A DNA stretch of 36,735 nt from a virus (Duplodnaviria; Heunggongvirae; Uroviricota; Caudoviricetes): positions 1 through 36,735 of the IMG/VR virus record IMGVR_UViG_3300045988_080861; one strand, written 5' to 3'. The notes beneath the pieces were generated by a model. It was given only the letters and a program-made list of their open reading frames with translations. It was not told the DNA's origin and searched no databases. Position numbers and translations under genes: made by a program. Positions 7,598 to 16,670 of this stretch are shown here, piece by piece (the stretch's first letter is position 1; each line of letters starts with the position of its first letter).

Positions 7598-8209
7598 ATG
7601 CGAATAAAAAAACCAATTGATCACGATGAGCTTCTGTCAACATTATCATATGACTCAGAAACAGGAATATTTAAATGGCTAAAAACAAATTCAGTAGTAA
7701 GAGTAAAAGGTAGTATTGCTGGAGGTGTTAGTGGTGGTTATATATGCATTAGCATAAATAATGTTTTGTATTATGCGCATAGGCTTGCTTGGTTCTATGT
7801 ATACAAAAAATGGCCTCCTAAGTTTATTGATCATGTAAATGGGAACAGACTTGACAATAGGATTTCAAATCTAAGACTGGCAACAGAGGAGCAGAATGCA
7901 AGAAACATTGTAGGTAATAGGTTAAACACATCCGGTGCGATTGGAGTGTCTTGGGATAAGACAACTGGCAGGTGGAAGTCTTATGTTGGTTATAAAAATA
8001 AGACAATATCGTTAGGGTATTTCGATAGCAAAGAAGATGCAGCATTCATAGCAGCACTAGCAAGAAAGAAACTATATGGAACTTATGCGAGTAAAGCACT
8101 TAATTGCGAGCATGAGCTTTTATCTCAATTTAATAATGATGAGGATAAACTTGCGGAATATCTTAAGGAAAAATCTAAAAGGACTCGAAAGCGTGTTAAA
8201 AAAAGATAA
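7598..8209 (+). CDS. HNH endonuclease (second copy, different family from 4685-5485)
   Basis: YYAHRLAWFYVYKKWPPKFIDHVNGNRLDNRISNLRLATEEQNARN is a typical HNH_3-type motif. Confidence 0.7.
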   Translation: MRIKKPIDHDELLSTLSYDSETGIFKWLKTNSVVRVKGSIAGGVSGGYICISINNVLYYAHRLAWFYVYKKWPPKFIDHVNGNRLDNRISNLRLATEEQNARNIVGNRLNTSGAIGVSWDKTTGRWKSYVGYKNKTISLGYFDSKEDAAFIAALARKKLYGTYASKALNCEHELLSQFNNDEDKLAEYLKEKSKRTRKRVKKR

Positions 8210-8238
8210 AGGCCTGCTGGTAATCGCAGGCCTTTTTA
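8210..8238 (+). terminator. Rho-independent terminator after HNH gene
   Basis: Hairpin AGGCCTGC-N8-GCAGGCCT followed by TTTTATTT immediately after the stop at 8209. Confidence 0.5.
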
Positions 8239-8269
8239 TTTGGGGGAGAGTAATTGGAGGATTTAAGAA

Positions 8270-8485
8270 ATGAGTACGATAGCTGAGCTTGTCAGGGCTA
8301 ATTTTCGTGAAGAGTTGGCGCGTTGGTATCGGTATCGTTCATCGTCCAGTTTGCCGCTTGATGAGTTGTATGAGCATTCACCTGCCGCACGACGCTATCC
8401 GCGTGACCGTGTTCTTCGGCGGTTGTTCAGACTCAACAATGAGTTTCAGCGCAACAGAATAATCCGGAGTCTGGATTTAAAGTGA
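8270..8485 (+). CDS. Hypothetical protein (71 aa)
   Basis: Six-frame ORF in nin-like region; AGGA-containing sequence upstream. Confidence 0.4.
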   Translation: MSTIAELVRANFREELARWYRYRSSSSLPLDELYEHSPAARRYPRDRVLRRLFRLNNEFQRNRIIRSLDLK

Positions 8486-8495
8486 AGGAGTGAGC

Positions 8496-8678
8496 ATGAG
8501 CGAGCAAATATTCAGAGAGATTAAGCCACGGTTTTATCGCAAGGTAAGGGTAGTTTATCAGGACGAAAACAAGACCTGTGCATACGCCATTCATAATGGT
8601 CGGTGGTCAGTGTTCGACACCAAAAACTTCGAGAAGAACTTCGAGAGGATTAAGGGTGATGAGGAAACTAACATTTGA
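8496..8678 (+). CDS. Hypothetical protein (60 aa)
   Basis: GAAGGAG Shine-Dalgarno 5 nt before ATG 8496; 3' end overlaps the NinB start. Confidence 0.35.
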   Translation: MSEQIFREIKPRFYRKVRVVYQDENKTCAYAIHNGRWSVFDTKNFEKNFERIKGDEETNI

Positions 8679-9099
8679 ACTAAGAAGCCCCATCCATCAG
8701 CAGAACGCCATTCAAGCTATCCAGCAAATCCTTCCAGACCCAACCAAACCAATCGTAGTAAGCATTCAGGAACGCAACCGCAGCTTAGACCAGAATCGAA
8801 AGCTTTGGGCTTGCCTTGGTGACGTCTCTCGTCAGGTTGAATGGCATGGGCGCTGGCTGGATGCAGAAAGCTGGAAGTGTGTGTTTACCGCAGCATTAAA
8901 GCAGCAGGACGTTGTTCCTAACCTTGCCGGGAATGGCTTTGTGGTAATAGGCCAGTCAACCAGCAGGATGCGTGTAAGCGAATTTGCGGAGCTATTAGAG
9001 CTTATACAGGCATTCGGTACAGAGCGTGGCGTTAAGTGGTCAGACGAAGCGCGACTGGCTCTCGAATGGAAAGCGCGATGGGGAGACAGGGCGGCATGA
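8659..9099 (+). CDS. ninB: NinB (Orf) recombination protein
   Basis: [51 protein letters not shown]... matches the lambda NinB family as recalled. Stop overlaps the NinE start (ATGA). Confidence 0.8.
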   Translation: MRKLTFELRSPIHQQNAIQAIQQILPDPTKPIVVSIQERNRSLDQNRKLWACLGDVSRQVEWHGRWLDAESWKCVFTAALKQQDVVPNLAGNGFVVIGQSTSRMRVSEFAELLELIQAFGTERGVKWSDEARLALEWKARWGDRAA

Positions 9100-9290
9100 G
9101 ACGACAGCGACGAAGTTTCACCGACATAATCTGCGAAAACTGCAAATACCTTCCAACGAAACGCTCCAGAAATAAACGCAAGCCAATCCCCAAAGAATCT
9201 GACGTAAAAACCTTCAATTACACGGCTCACCTGTGGGATATCCGGTGGCTAAGACATCGTGCGAGGAATACAAGGGGATTGACGCGATGA
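9096..9290 (+). CDS. ninE: NinE protein
   Basis: [52 protein letters not shown] matches lambda NinE as recalled. Confidence 0.75.
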   Translation: MRRQRRSFTDIICENCKYLPTKRSRNKRKPIPKESDVKTFNYTAHLWDIRWLRHRARNTRGLTR

Positions 9291-9369
9291 TTTATCCGGG
9301 GCTATATTCCTCACACGCCAGCAAAATCTGGCGTCGGGATTGGCGTCCCGGATAGAAACCGCGACAGAG

Positions 9370-9392
9370 ACACGCCGCGAGCGTGTTTTTTA
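9370..9392 (+). terminator. Rho-independent terminator after ninE
   Basis: Hairpin acacgc-cgcga-gcgtgt followed by TTTTTT. Confidence 0.5.
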
Positions 9393-9552
9393 TTGTCGTA
9401 TGCACGCGCACATCTGAATTATGGTGGGCTGTGTGGGGGCGGAGAGATCCGCGCCGGTCGGTTTCCCGGTTACGCCAACCCTGCACAGTTCACCGCCAGA
9501 CGATTGGCGTCGTCGGTGGTGAGTCATTTAGAAACCACCGGAGAGCGTCACC

Positions 9553-10230
9553 ATGACAACTCAAATTTCTGTCGAAACTCTTTCCCCGATCACCCACAAC
9601 CAGATCCCCGTTATTACAACTGAACTTCTTGCGCAGTTATACGGAACAAAAATCAAAAACATTTCGGATAACTTTCTTAACAACACGACGCGATTCGTGG
9701 TAGGGAAGCATTACTTTAAAATTGAAAGGAACGAATTACGCGAGTTTAAGAACAGACCCGAAACAATCGGGTTAGTTGGTAAAAATGCCCGCTCCCTCAT
9801 CCTCTGGACAGAACGCGGAGCAGCCCGTCACGCCAAAATGCTCGAAACCGATCAGGCGTGGGAAGTGTTCGAAAAACTGGAAGACTGCTATTTCAGCCAG
9901 TGCGAGAAAAATACTGGCAAACAAGAGAAGAAGCCCAACGGGCTTTCCGCAAAAGAAACAGACAGCCTTGTTTGGCTGTGGGATTATGCCAACCGCTCAC
10001 AGGCATTGTTCCGTGAGTTGTATCCCGCATTAAAACTGATTCAGTCTGGCTATTCCGGCATATGCCACGACTACGGCTATGAGTTCTCGTATATCATCGG
10101 GAGGGCGAGGGGCGTTTTAATTAATCACACGCGGGATATAGATATTTATGAGCCTGACGGGCCGACGAACCTTCTGGCATGGGAAAGGCTTAAGAACAAA
10201 GAGTTGCCGCCTTCACTGCATCGCTACTGA
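9553..10230 (+). CDS. Antirepressor-type protein (ORF6N-like N-domain plus C-domain shared with Ant)
   Basis: 225-aa ORF; the C-terminal ~105 aa ([48 protein letters not shown]...) is near-identical at DNA level to the C-terminus of the ant gene at 30990-31910. Confidence 0.6.
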   Translation: MTTQISVETLSPITHNQIPVITTELLAQLYGTKIKNISDNFLNNTTRFVVGKHYFKIERNELREFKNRPETIGLVGKNARSLILWTERGAARHAKMLETDQAWEVFEKLEDCYFSQCEKNTGKQEKKPNGLSAKETDSLVWLWDYANRSQALFRELYPALKLIQSGYSGICHDYGYEFSYIIGRARGVLINHTRDIDIYEPDGPTNLLAWERLKNKELPPSLHRY

Positions 10231-10272
10231 CAATTGACAACTTAACAAACCCAGCTTCGGCTGGGTTTTTTA
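9913..10272 (+). repeat. Direct repeat copy 1 (shared C-terminal domain plus terminator), partner at 31597-31951
   Basis: About 355 bp with high nucleotide identity (by eye well over 90 percent) to 31597-31951, including the downstream hairpin cccagc-N4-gctggg plus T-run. Confidence 0.7.
10249..10272 (+). terminator. Rho-independent terminator
   Basis: cccagc-ttcg-gctggg followed by TTTTTTA. Confidence 0.55.
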
Positions 10273-10304
10273 TTGCTGAATTTTCAATATGAGAGGACAT
10301 GACA

Positions 10305-11027
10305 ATGAATGAGCTGATAAATAGCAACGTCATCAAAATGACAAGCATTGAAATCGCTGAGTTGGTGGGAAGCCAACACGGTAATGTCAGAATATCAATA
10401 GAACGTCTGGCAAAGCGTGGGGTGATTCAACTTCCTCCAATGCAAAAAGTTGAAAATAAACAAACAATTAGCCCTAACAAATTCACAAGCGTGTATATAT
10501 TCGAAGGCGAACAAGGTAAGCGAGACAGCATTATTGTCGTCGCTCAGTTGTCGCCGGAATTCACCGCTCGTCTTGTTGACCGTTGGCGAGAACTCGAAGG
10601 GGCAACCGCGAAAATACCACAAACCTTTTCTGAGGCATTGCGCCTTGCGGCCGACCTTGAAGACCAGAAGGCTGAACTGGAGAAACAGCTTGCTCTCGCA
10701 GCACCTAAAGTTGAGTTTGCCGATCGCGTTGGCGAGGCCAGCGGAATTTTGATTGGAAACTTTGCAAAGGTTGTTGGAATTGGTCCAAACAAACTGTTTG
10801 CGTGGATGCGCGATCACAAAATCCTTATTGCTTCAGGTTCCCGGCGCAATGTGCCAATGCAGGAATATATGGATCGCGGCTATTTCACAGTGAAAGAAAC
10901 AGCGGTCAACACAAATCACGGAATACAGATATCGTTCACCACAAAAATCACCGGGCGTGGTCAACAGTGGCTGACCAGAAAGCTGCTCGATAACGGAATG
11001 CTGAAAGTAACAGGGGAGGCTGCTTAA
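10305..11027 (+). CDS. Rha-family regulatory protein / putative antirepressor
   Basis: N-terminus MTSIEIAELVGSQHGNVRISIERLAKRGVI resembles Rha-type domains; long C-terminal extension. Start set at second ATG (10305) for Shine-Dalgarno spacing; ORF track start 10299. Confidence 0.6.
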   Translation: MNELINSNVIKMTSIEIAELVGSQHGNVRISIERLAKRGVIQLPPMQKVENKQTISPNKFTSVYIFEGEQGKRDSIIVVAQLSPEFTARLVDRWRELEGATAKIPQTFSEALRLAADLEDQKAELEKQLALAAPKVEFADRVGEASGILIGNFAKVVGIGPNKLFAWMRDHKILIASGSRRNVPMQEYMDRGYFTVKETAVNTNHGIQISFTTKITGRGQQWLTRKLLDNGMLKVTGEAA

Positions 11028-11317
11028 TGGCTAACCTACGCAAAGAAGCGCGCGGCAGAGAATGTCAGGTACGTATTTACGGCGTATGCAATGGCAATCC
11101 TGAAACTACAGTTCTGGCACATTACCGGATGGCTGGAATTTGCGGAACGGGAATGAAACCTGACGACCTGATCGGCGCATGGGCTTGTAGTGACTGCCAC
11201 GCGGAGATCGACCGACGCACAAGGATTCTCGACAACAAAGACGCCAGACTTTACCACCTCGAAGGCGTGATCAGGACGCAGGCGATACTGCTGAAGGAGG
11301 GGAAGATTAAGTCATGA
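11027..11317 (+). CDS. DUF1364 (YbcO-like) protein, putative nuclease
   Basis: MANLRKEARGRECQVRIYGVCNGNPETTVLAH...CSDCHAEIDRR resembles E. coli prophage YbcO as recalled; conserved Cys/His. Confidence 0.65.
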   Translation: MANLRKEARGRECQVRIYGVCNGNPETTVLAHYRMAGICGTGMKPDDLIGAWACSDCHAEIDRRTRILDNKDARLYHLEGVIRTQAILLKEGKIKS

Positions 11318-11676
11318 ACGAATATCAGTTTGTGCTTCCATACCCGCCGTCGGTGAACACCTACTGGCGAAGACGGGGAAGCCAATACTACATCAGCGAT
11401 AAAGGCCAGAAATACCGAAAAGACGTTCAGCAAATAATCCGCCAACTCAAGTTAGACATTTTCACCAAATCAAGACTCCGCATCAAAGTCATCGCAGACG
11501 TTCCAGACTCCCGCCGCCGCGACCTCGACAACATCCTGAAAGGTTTCCTCGACTCCCTTATCCACGCCGGATTTGCGGAAGACGACGAGCAATTCGATGA
11601 CATTCGCGTAATTCGTGGTGTGAAAGTACCAGGCGGACGGCTTGGAATAAAAATCACCGAACTGGAGAACGTATGA
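11314..11676 (+). CDS. rusA: Holliday junction resolvase RusA
   Basis: MNEYQFVLPYPPSVNTYWRRRG...VPDSRRRDLDNILKGFLDSL...GGRLGIKITELENV matches the RusA family (RRRDLDN motif). Confidence 0.85.
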   Translation: MNEYQFVLPYPPSVNTYWRRRGSQYYISDKGQKYRKDVQQIIRQLKLDIFTKSRLRIKVIADVPDSRRRDLDNILKGFLDSLIHAGFAEDDEQFDDIRVIRGVKVPGGRLGIKITELENV

Positions 11677-11816
11677 ACAAAGCATTCGAACGATATATGC
11701 GCCAGCGTTATGGCAATCGCTATGACCTGACGCGAGATGTTGAAGGTTTCTACTGTAGTGAAATTGTGAAACGAATGTTTGAAGTTTGGTGTCATTGCAA
11801 AGGATGGGAGGTCTGA
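11673..11816 (+). CDS. Small hypothetical protein (47 aa) coupled between rusA and the Q-like gene
   Basis: Hand translation MNKAFERYMRQRYGNRYDLTRDVEGFYCSEIVKRMFEVWCHCKGWEV; ATG overlaps the rusA stop (ATGA) and its stop overlaps the next ATG (TGATG). Confidence 0.4.
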   Translation: MNKAFERYMRQRYGNRYDLTRDVEGFYCSEIVKRMFEVWCHCKGWEV

Positions 11817-12430
11817 TGCGGCTAACTCCAGTATTCAGCATGGTTAACTTCATTAATGACGCGCACTTTCGCCGCGTATGGAGACACCCGAAGAAAACCA
11901 TCAACTCTAGCCAGAAAGCATGGGTTCATTACATGTTACAGGTATGGGGCAAGGTTAATACCGGAGATTGCTCTCCAGGTGGTGCAATTAACGTTATCGG
12001 TCGTCTGATGATTCGCAGTCAGTGGAGCGATGACAAGGCTAAGCAGATAGAGTCTGTCGTCATGCGCCTGTACGAAGAAGATGGGCTGCGCGGAGATGAG
12101 CTATACAAGAAAGCTCGCGAACTGGTCATTCCTCAATCATCGTTTAGCCACATCATCACTCTCGCCAAAGAATCAGATGATGCGGCTTTCGTTGAACGTG
12201 TGATGGTTAAAACGTTTCACCGTGAAAGCCCTGTCCGCGATGTAGCTATTAAGCGATATTGCAATCGCAATTGCACGCAAGATATAGCCAGGATTATTTC
12301 TTATATAACAGGTGCTGATATTCAGTATTGTCGTAAGCGAGTGGTGTGGTGTGAGAAAGTGCTGGAGTCAGAAATGTTTTATGCAATGAAACGAGAATTG
12401 GAGAAAGAATTTCCATTAATAGCGGCCTGA
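11816..12430 (+). CDS. Putative late-gene antiterminator Q
   Basis: 205-aa ORF directly upstream of the lysis cassette and downstream of rusA, the canonical Q position; Cys-containing region (CNRNC...C). Assignment mainly positional; sequence not lambda-Q-like. Confidence 0.5.
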   Translation: MRLTPVFSMVNFINDAHFRRVWRHPKKTINSSQKAWVHYMLQVWGKVNTGDCSPGGAINVIGRLMIRSQWSDDKAKQIESVVMRLYEEDGLRGDELYKKARELVIPQSSFSHIITLAKESDDAAFVERVMVKTFHRESPVRDVAIKRYCNRNCTQDIARIISYITGADIQYCRKRVVWCEKVLESEMFYAMKRELEKEFPLIAA

Positions 12431-12907
12431 ACTGAAATAATTTTGTAAATGCGTTGCTTCCGAGAAATGAAAGTGGTATTTTTTGTATATGCTCGGAGCA
12501 AAAGCGAACTGAGCAGCGAAATTGAAATCCTGATTTCCCCGGTTGCCGATAATATTTAGGGTCGACATACTGGCTAGATTAGGTAAGAGCCTCGGCATAA
12601 ACGTCGGGGCTTTTTTGTTTGCACAACAGGTAAGTGCATTTGTAGAGTTCGACTCTCTACCGTGGGCTTTTTCCCGCGATGCGAGCCATAAGTGCTCTTT
12701 CCGTTGTGCTGAATTAAGCGAATGCCGGAAGCAGAACCGGATCACCAAATGCGTGCAGGCGTCATCGCCGCCCAGCAACAGCACAACCCAAACTGAGCCG
12801 TAGCCACTGGCTATCCTGAATTCATCAGTGATAGTTACGCTGCGGCCTTCTTTTTTCCCCTTCCCAATATAAGAACTACGCAATCCGTTACTGGCGGAGG
12901 CGTTGCT
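12431..12907 (+). promoter_or_regulatory. Putative late promoter / qut / tR'-like leader between Q and holin
   Basis: About 470 bp non-coding leader with a hairpin plus T-run around 12586-12616 (agcctcggc...gtcggggc-TTTTTTG); position corresponds to pR'-qut-tR' in lambdoid phages. Promoter elements not resolved. Confidence 0.3.
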
Positions 12908-13123
12908 ATGAAATCAATGGACAAAATCTCAACTGGCATTGCCTACGGAACATCCGCTGGTAGTGCGGGATACTGGTTTTTGCAGTGGTTGGATCAGGTC
13001 AGTCCATCACAGTGGGCTGCGATTGGTGTACTGGGGAGTCTGGTTCTGGGCTTCCTGACATATCTGACTAACCTGTATTTCAAAATCAGAGAGGACCGTC
13101 GTAAGGCTGCACGGGGAGAGTAA
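12908..13123 (+). CDS. S: Class II pinholin (phage-21 S-type), 71 aa with dual-start motif
   Basis: [71 protein letters not shown] matches the phage 21 S21 pinholin as recalled; Met1-Lys-Ser-Met4 dual start; two TMDs. Confidence 0.85.
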   Translation: MKSMDKISTGIAYGTSAGSAGYWFLQWLDQVSPSQWAAIGVLGSLVLGFLTYLTNLYFKIREDRRKAARGE

Positions 13124-13127
13124 TTCA

Positions 13128-13478
13128 ATGACTCAAAACTATGAACTGATTGTGAAAGGGATCCGCAATTTTGAGAATAAAGTTACGGTAACTTTAGCGT
13201 TACGGGACAAAAAACGCTTTGACGGTGAAATTTTTGACCTGGACATCTCGCTGGACCGTGTTGAAGGTGCCGCGCTGGGGTTTTATGAGGCAGCAGCCAG
13301 AAGGAGCATCAGACAGGTCTTCCTGGATGTTGCTGCCGGGTTATGTGAAGGGGATGAGCAGTCGCCGGAAAAGCGCCCCGTAATTTTAGAGGCGCAGAAT
13401 GTGTGGATAACCTACAAAGGAAAGCTACCAGGAAGAATTACTGGTTCTCTGAAGACTCCTCCGGAATCACAACCTTAA
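13128..13478 (+). CDS. Hypothetical protein (116 aa) between holin and endolysin
   Basis: Six-frame ORF MTQNYELIVKGIRNFENKVTVTLALRDKKRFDGEIFDLDISL...; no TM segment or family recognised. Confidence 0.5.
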   Translation: MTQNYELIVKGIRNFENKVTVTLALRDKKRFDGEIFDLDISLDRVEGAALGFYEAAARRSIRQVFLDVAAGLCEGDEQSPEKRPVILEAQNVWITYKGKLPGRITGSLKTPPESQP

Positions 13479-13541
13479 GTCACTGACCGGAACAGATAAA
13501 CCTGTCCGTGGGCAGAAACCGATAAATCCTGATAAATATCC

Positions 13542-14075
13542 ATGAACGCAAAAATCAGATACGGCCTGTCGGCTGCCGTTCTGGCACTGATTGCCGTCGG
13601 TGCGCCCGCGCCTGATATTCTCGACCAGTTTCTGGATGAAAAAGAAGGTAACCACACAACGGCATACCGCGATGGTTCCGGCATCTGGACCATCTGTCGG
13701 GGTGCCACGATGGTGGATGGAAAACCCGTTTTTCCCGGTATGAAACTGTCGAAGGAAAAATGCGACCAGGTCAACGCCATTGAGCGTGATAAGGCGCTGG
13801 CATGGGTGGAGCGCAATATTAAAGTACCACTGACCGAACCACAAAAAGCGGGTATCGCGTCATTTTGTCCCTATAACATTGGCCCCGGTAAGTGTTTTCC
13901 ATCGACGTTTTATAAGCGGCTGAATGCCGGTGATCGTAAGGGGGCATGCGAAGCGATTCGCTGGTGGATTAAGGATGGTGGGCGCGATTGCCGCATACGT
14001 TCAAATAACTGCTATGGGCAAGTTATTCGTCGTGACCAGGAAAACGCATTAGCCTGTTGGGGGATAGAGCAGTGA
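13542..14075 (+). CDS. R: SAR endolysin (T4-lysozyme-like muramidase with signal-anchor-release N-terminus)
   Basis: N-terminal Gly/Ala-rich weakly hydrophobic stretch ([18 protein letters not shown]) then catalytic E-x8-D-x5-T ([16 protein letters not shown]). Confidence 0.85.
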   Translation: MNAKIRYGLSAAVLALIAVGAPAPDILDQFLDEKEGNHTTAYRDGSGIWTICRGATMVDGKPVFPGMKLSKEKCDQVNAIERDKALAWVERNIKVPLTEPQKAGIASFCPYNIGPGKCFPSTFYKRLNAGDRKGACEAIRWWIKDGGRDCRIRSNNCYGQVIRRDQENALACWGIEQ

Positions 14076-14509
14076 GCAGAGTCGCCGCGATTATTTATGC
14101 TCTGGTTATCTGCACCATCGTCTGCCTGTCATGGGCTGTTAATCATTACCGTGATAACGCCATCGCCTACAAAGACCAGCGCGATAAAGCCACATCTATC
14201 ATCTCTGATATGCAGAAGCGTCAACGTGATGTAGCTGAACTCGACGCCAGATACACAAAGGAGCTTGCTGATGCTAACGCGACTATCGAAAGTCTCCGTG
14301 CTGATGTTTCTGCTGGGCGTAAGCGCCTGCAAGTCGCCGCCACCTGTGCAAAGTCAACGACCGGAGCCAGCGGCATGGGCAATGGAGAAAGCCCAAGACT
14401 TACAGCAGATGCTGAACTCAATTATTACCGTCTCCGAAGTGGAATCGACAGGATAACCGCGCAGGTTAACTACCTGCAGGAATACATCAGGACGCAATGC
14501 CTGAAATAA
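14069..14509 (+). CDS. Rz: Rz i-spanin
   Basis: GTG start overlapping the endolysin stop (GTGA); N-terminal TM ([17 protein letters not shown]) and coiled-coil periplasmic domain; contains embedded Rz1. Confidence 0.8.
   Translation, partial: AVSRVAAIIYALVICTIVCLSWAVNHYRDNAIAYKDQRDKATSIISDMQKRQRDVAELDARYTKELADANATIESLRADVSAGRKRLQVAATCAKSTTGASGMGNGESPRLTADAELNYYRLRSGIDRITAQVNYLQEYIRTQCLK
14265..14456 (+). CDS. Rz1: Rz1 o-spanin lipoprotein, embedded in Rz in the +1 frame
   Basis: [22 protein letters not shown] with lipobox-like VSAC then Pro-rich mature region ([13 protein letters not shown]); entirely inside Rz. Confidence 0.75.
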   Translation: MLMLTRLSKVSVLMFLLGVSACKSPPPVQSQRPEPAAWAMEKAQDLQQMLNSIITVSEVESTG

Positions 14510-14540
14510 TTTTTTTGCAAATCACACAGTCCATTTAATG

Positions 14541-14596
14541 AGCCTCGCGATGCGGGGCTTTTTGCAATAAATGCGTACCGCAACGCATGTTTTTTA
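14541..14596 (+). terminator. Tandem rho-independent terminators after the lysis cassette
   Basis: Hairpin 1 agcctcgc-gat-gcggggct plus TTTTT (14541-14565); hairpin 2 atgcgt-accgca-acgcat plus TTTTTT (14571-14596). Confidence 0.5.
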
Positions 14597-14710
14597 CACC
14601 GAACCTGCCCCTTTGGAATGGGCCTTTGAGGATACCAGTTAGTGCTGGCGAGCCTCGGTGGGCTGGTTTCCTGTGCGGCAAAGGTTCATTTCAAAGAGTA
14701 GGTACACGCT

Positions 14711-15208
14711 ATGAAATCATTAACCCTCTTCAATCAACCAATTCGTATCGGTGAAGATGGCATGATCTGCCTCACTGATATGTGGAAAGCCAGTGGTAAA
14801 AGTGAATCTGAATCGCCTTACCACTACCTGCGAAACAAGCAGACCAAAGAGTTCTTAGCCGAGCTGGAGAAAAACCACGAATCTGTGGTTTTTACTGAGC
14901 GCGGTGTACACGGTGGAACATATGGCGGGAAGTTTGTTGCTTATGATTATGCAGCATGGCTAAACCCCGGATTTAAATATGCAGCCTATAAAGTCCTGGA
15001 TGACTACTTCACCGGAGAACTTCAGCATCGCAACAGCTTAAGTGCGCAGCTCAATATGAAGTGTCATGAGTTTGATCAGAAAAAAGATATGGCGAGCTTC
15101 TGTGGACAAGGGCTGGCGGCATGGCGCTATACGAAGCCAGTGTTGGTCGCTGAGATTAACTCCCTGGCTAACCAGCTGCAGATAACGATCCCCGGGCTTC
15201 CGGGATGA
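14711..15208 (+). CDS. KilA-N domain protein
   Basis: MICLTDMWKASGKSESESPYHYLRNKQTKEFLAEL resembles the KilA-N consensus; 165 aa. Confidence 0.6.
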   Translation: MKSLTLFNQPIRIGEDGMICLTDMWKASGKSESESPYHYLRNKQTKEFLAELEKNHESVVFTERGVHGGTYGGKFVAYDYAAWLNPGFKYAAYKVLDDYFTGELQHRNSLSAQLNMKCHEFDQKKDMASFCGQGLAAWRYTKPVLVAEINSLANQLQITIPGLPG

Positions 15209-15462
15209 GTGATCGTGTCATTGAATGCGCTTCCAGAGCGGGGCGCGACTTCTCAGAGTTCATGAAAGGCGAGAAGGGCATGATGGAAGCATTGGCCTCG
15301 GTGGATGAGTTTGGCGAGCAGCTGCGCCTCAACGGCTGTGTCAATCATCACTTTGTTAGCTACATGATGCGGAACTCGATCATGCAGGCATTCATGGACA
15401 TGGCAAAAGCCGAGAGGAAAGAAGAGCGCCGGCGTAAGCGAGCGGAAGCAAAAGCGAAATAG
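15205..15462 (+). CDS. Hypothetical protein (85 aa) coupled to the KilA-N gene
   Basis: ATG overlaps the KilA-N stop (ATGA); highly basic C-terminal tail (KAERKEERRRKRAEAKAK). Confidence 0.45.
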   Translation: MSDRVIECASRAGRDFSEFMKGEKGMMEALASVDEFGEQLRLNGCVNHHFVSYMMRNSIMQAFMDMAKAERKEERRRKRAEAKAK

Positions 15463-16009
15463 CCATTACAAAGCCCATCTACGGGTGGGCTTGATAATGA
15501 AACCGGAATTTATTCTGGGTAACCAGTTACGGCAGTACAGCGAAACAACCCAAGCCAGAAAGTGGGGAAATAACACTGGCAGCCACTGAAAGATGAACCT
15601 CCTGCCTTATGGCAAAAAAAGATTCTTTGTGGTGGCGGACTGATGGAAAGACATCGGTTATTGCAGAGACCATTCAATGAGTGGTCTCGACAATGGCTTA
15701 TACCCTACACGGGATAACTTAACTGATATCCCTTTTAACGGATAAACGGAGCCAACAATGGCAGAGAATGTCGGCATTATGGCAGTGAAATTTGGATAAA
15801 TCGGGGATTAGAAAGATAGAGGCGAGCCGGTCAGGTAGAAATGAATCAGGCTCAAAGTGAAGCGGAAAAGGTCTGTGGCACAAACTGATGCTGCCATAAT
15901 TACAGCCTGATGACTTGTGGAATGAAACATGTTGAACCTCCTTAATTGATGTGATTCGAGTGAGGAAGGCATTCTGTCCTTCTATAGTGTCCAGTAAATC
16001 AAACAGGAA

Positions 16010-16033
16010 GCTTGTCTCACGTGTGAGACAAGC
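16010..16033. repeat. 24-bp perfect palindrome with CACGTG core
   Basis: gcttgtctcacgtgtgagacaagc reads identically on both strands; lies in an ORF-poor region. Confidence 0.6.
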
Positions 16034-16483
16034 CTCTCCATTAGCGAGTTGTATTGATTACAACTCTTCAAAGAGTTCATTACTGGGTAGATGAAAATAG
16101 TTTCACGACGAATGGAGGAGACTATGTCGGTGGCTTCTTCATTGGAGTACATATGCTCCCTCGAACCTCAAAAGCATGCCGAGTTCGCGGCTGCCGCCAT
16201 ACCACCACAGATCCGTCAGGCTATTGCAAAAGCCACAAAAGCGAAGGCTGGAAGCAATACAAGCCGGGCCAGTCCTGTCATCAGCGCGGTTATGGTTCGC
16301 GAGGTTGTCCCTCATGCTCGCCAGTCCTGTGCGGGGGTGGAAGAAACAGGACACTCACACAGATTCTTGTGGGTCGATGCTATTCCTTTCTGGATTATCC
16401 CGATGCCATTCATGCAAGGGCTGTATAAGACGTTCGTCATGGCTGTCAGGCTGACGGGTCCTCCCGGTGGGGTGGCCTGCCAC

Positions 16484-16501
16484 GGGGCGGGAGCGTCGCG
16501 G
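16484..16501. other. Candidate cosN-like GC-rich core upstream of terminase (speculative)
   Basis: GGGGCGGGAGCGTCGCGG followed by an A/T-rich tract, about 170 bp upstream of the terminase small subunit start; loosely resembles the lambda cosN context but is not identical to the lambda cohesive end. Confidence 0.2.
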
Positions 16502-16670
16502 AAAAAGGCTAGTTTTTGCATTTTTATCGGCCACCATCATCTTTGCATCTTATTGATTATTAATGGTTATTTGTTTTTTGCATGTCGAATTGAGTGTTTT
16601 TTGTTCGACATCGAACGCGTTTTCTTAAAGTTGTTCGCACGATGCATGTTTAAAGCTCTCCGGAGGAAAT

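Noticed and set aside
12641..12667. tRNA-like T-arm (tagag-TTCGACT-ctcta followed by ccgtgggc) in the Q-to-holin leader
   Set aside because: No complementary 5' acceptor strand, D-arm or anticodon arm could be found in the preceding 50 nt; more likely a leader hairpin than a tRNA gene.
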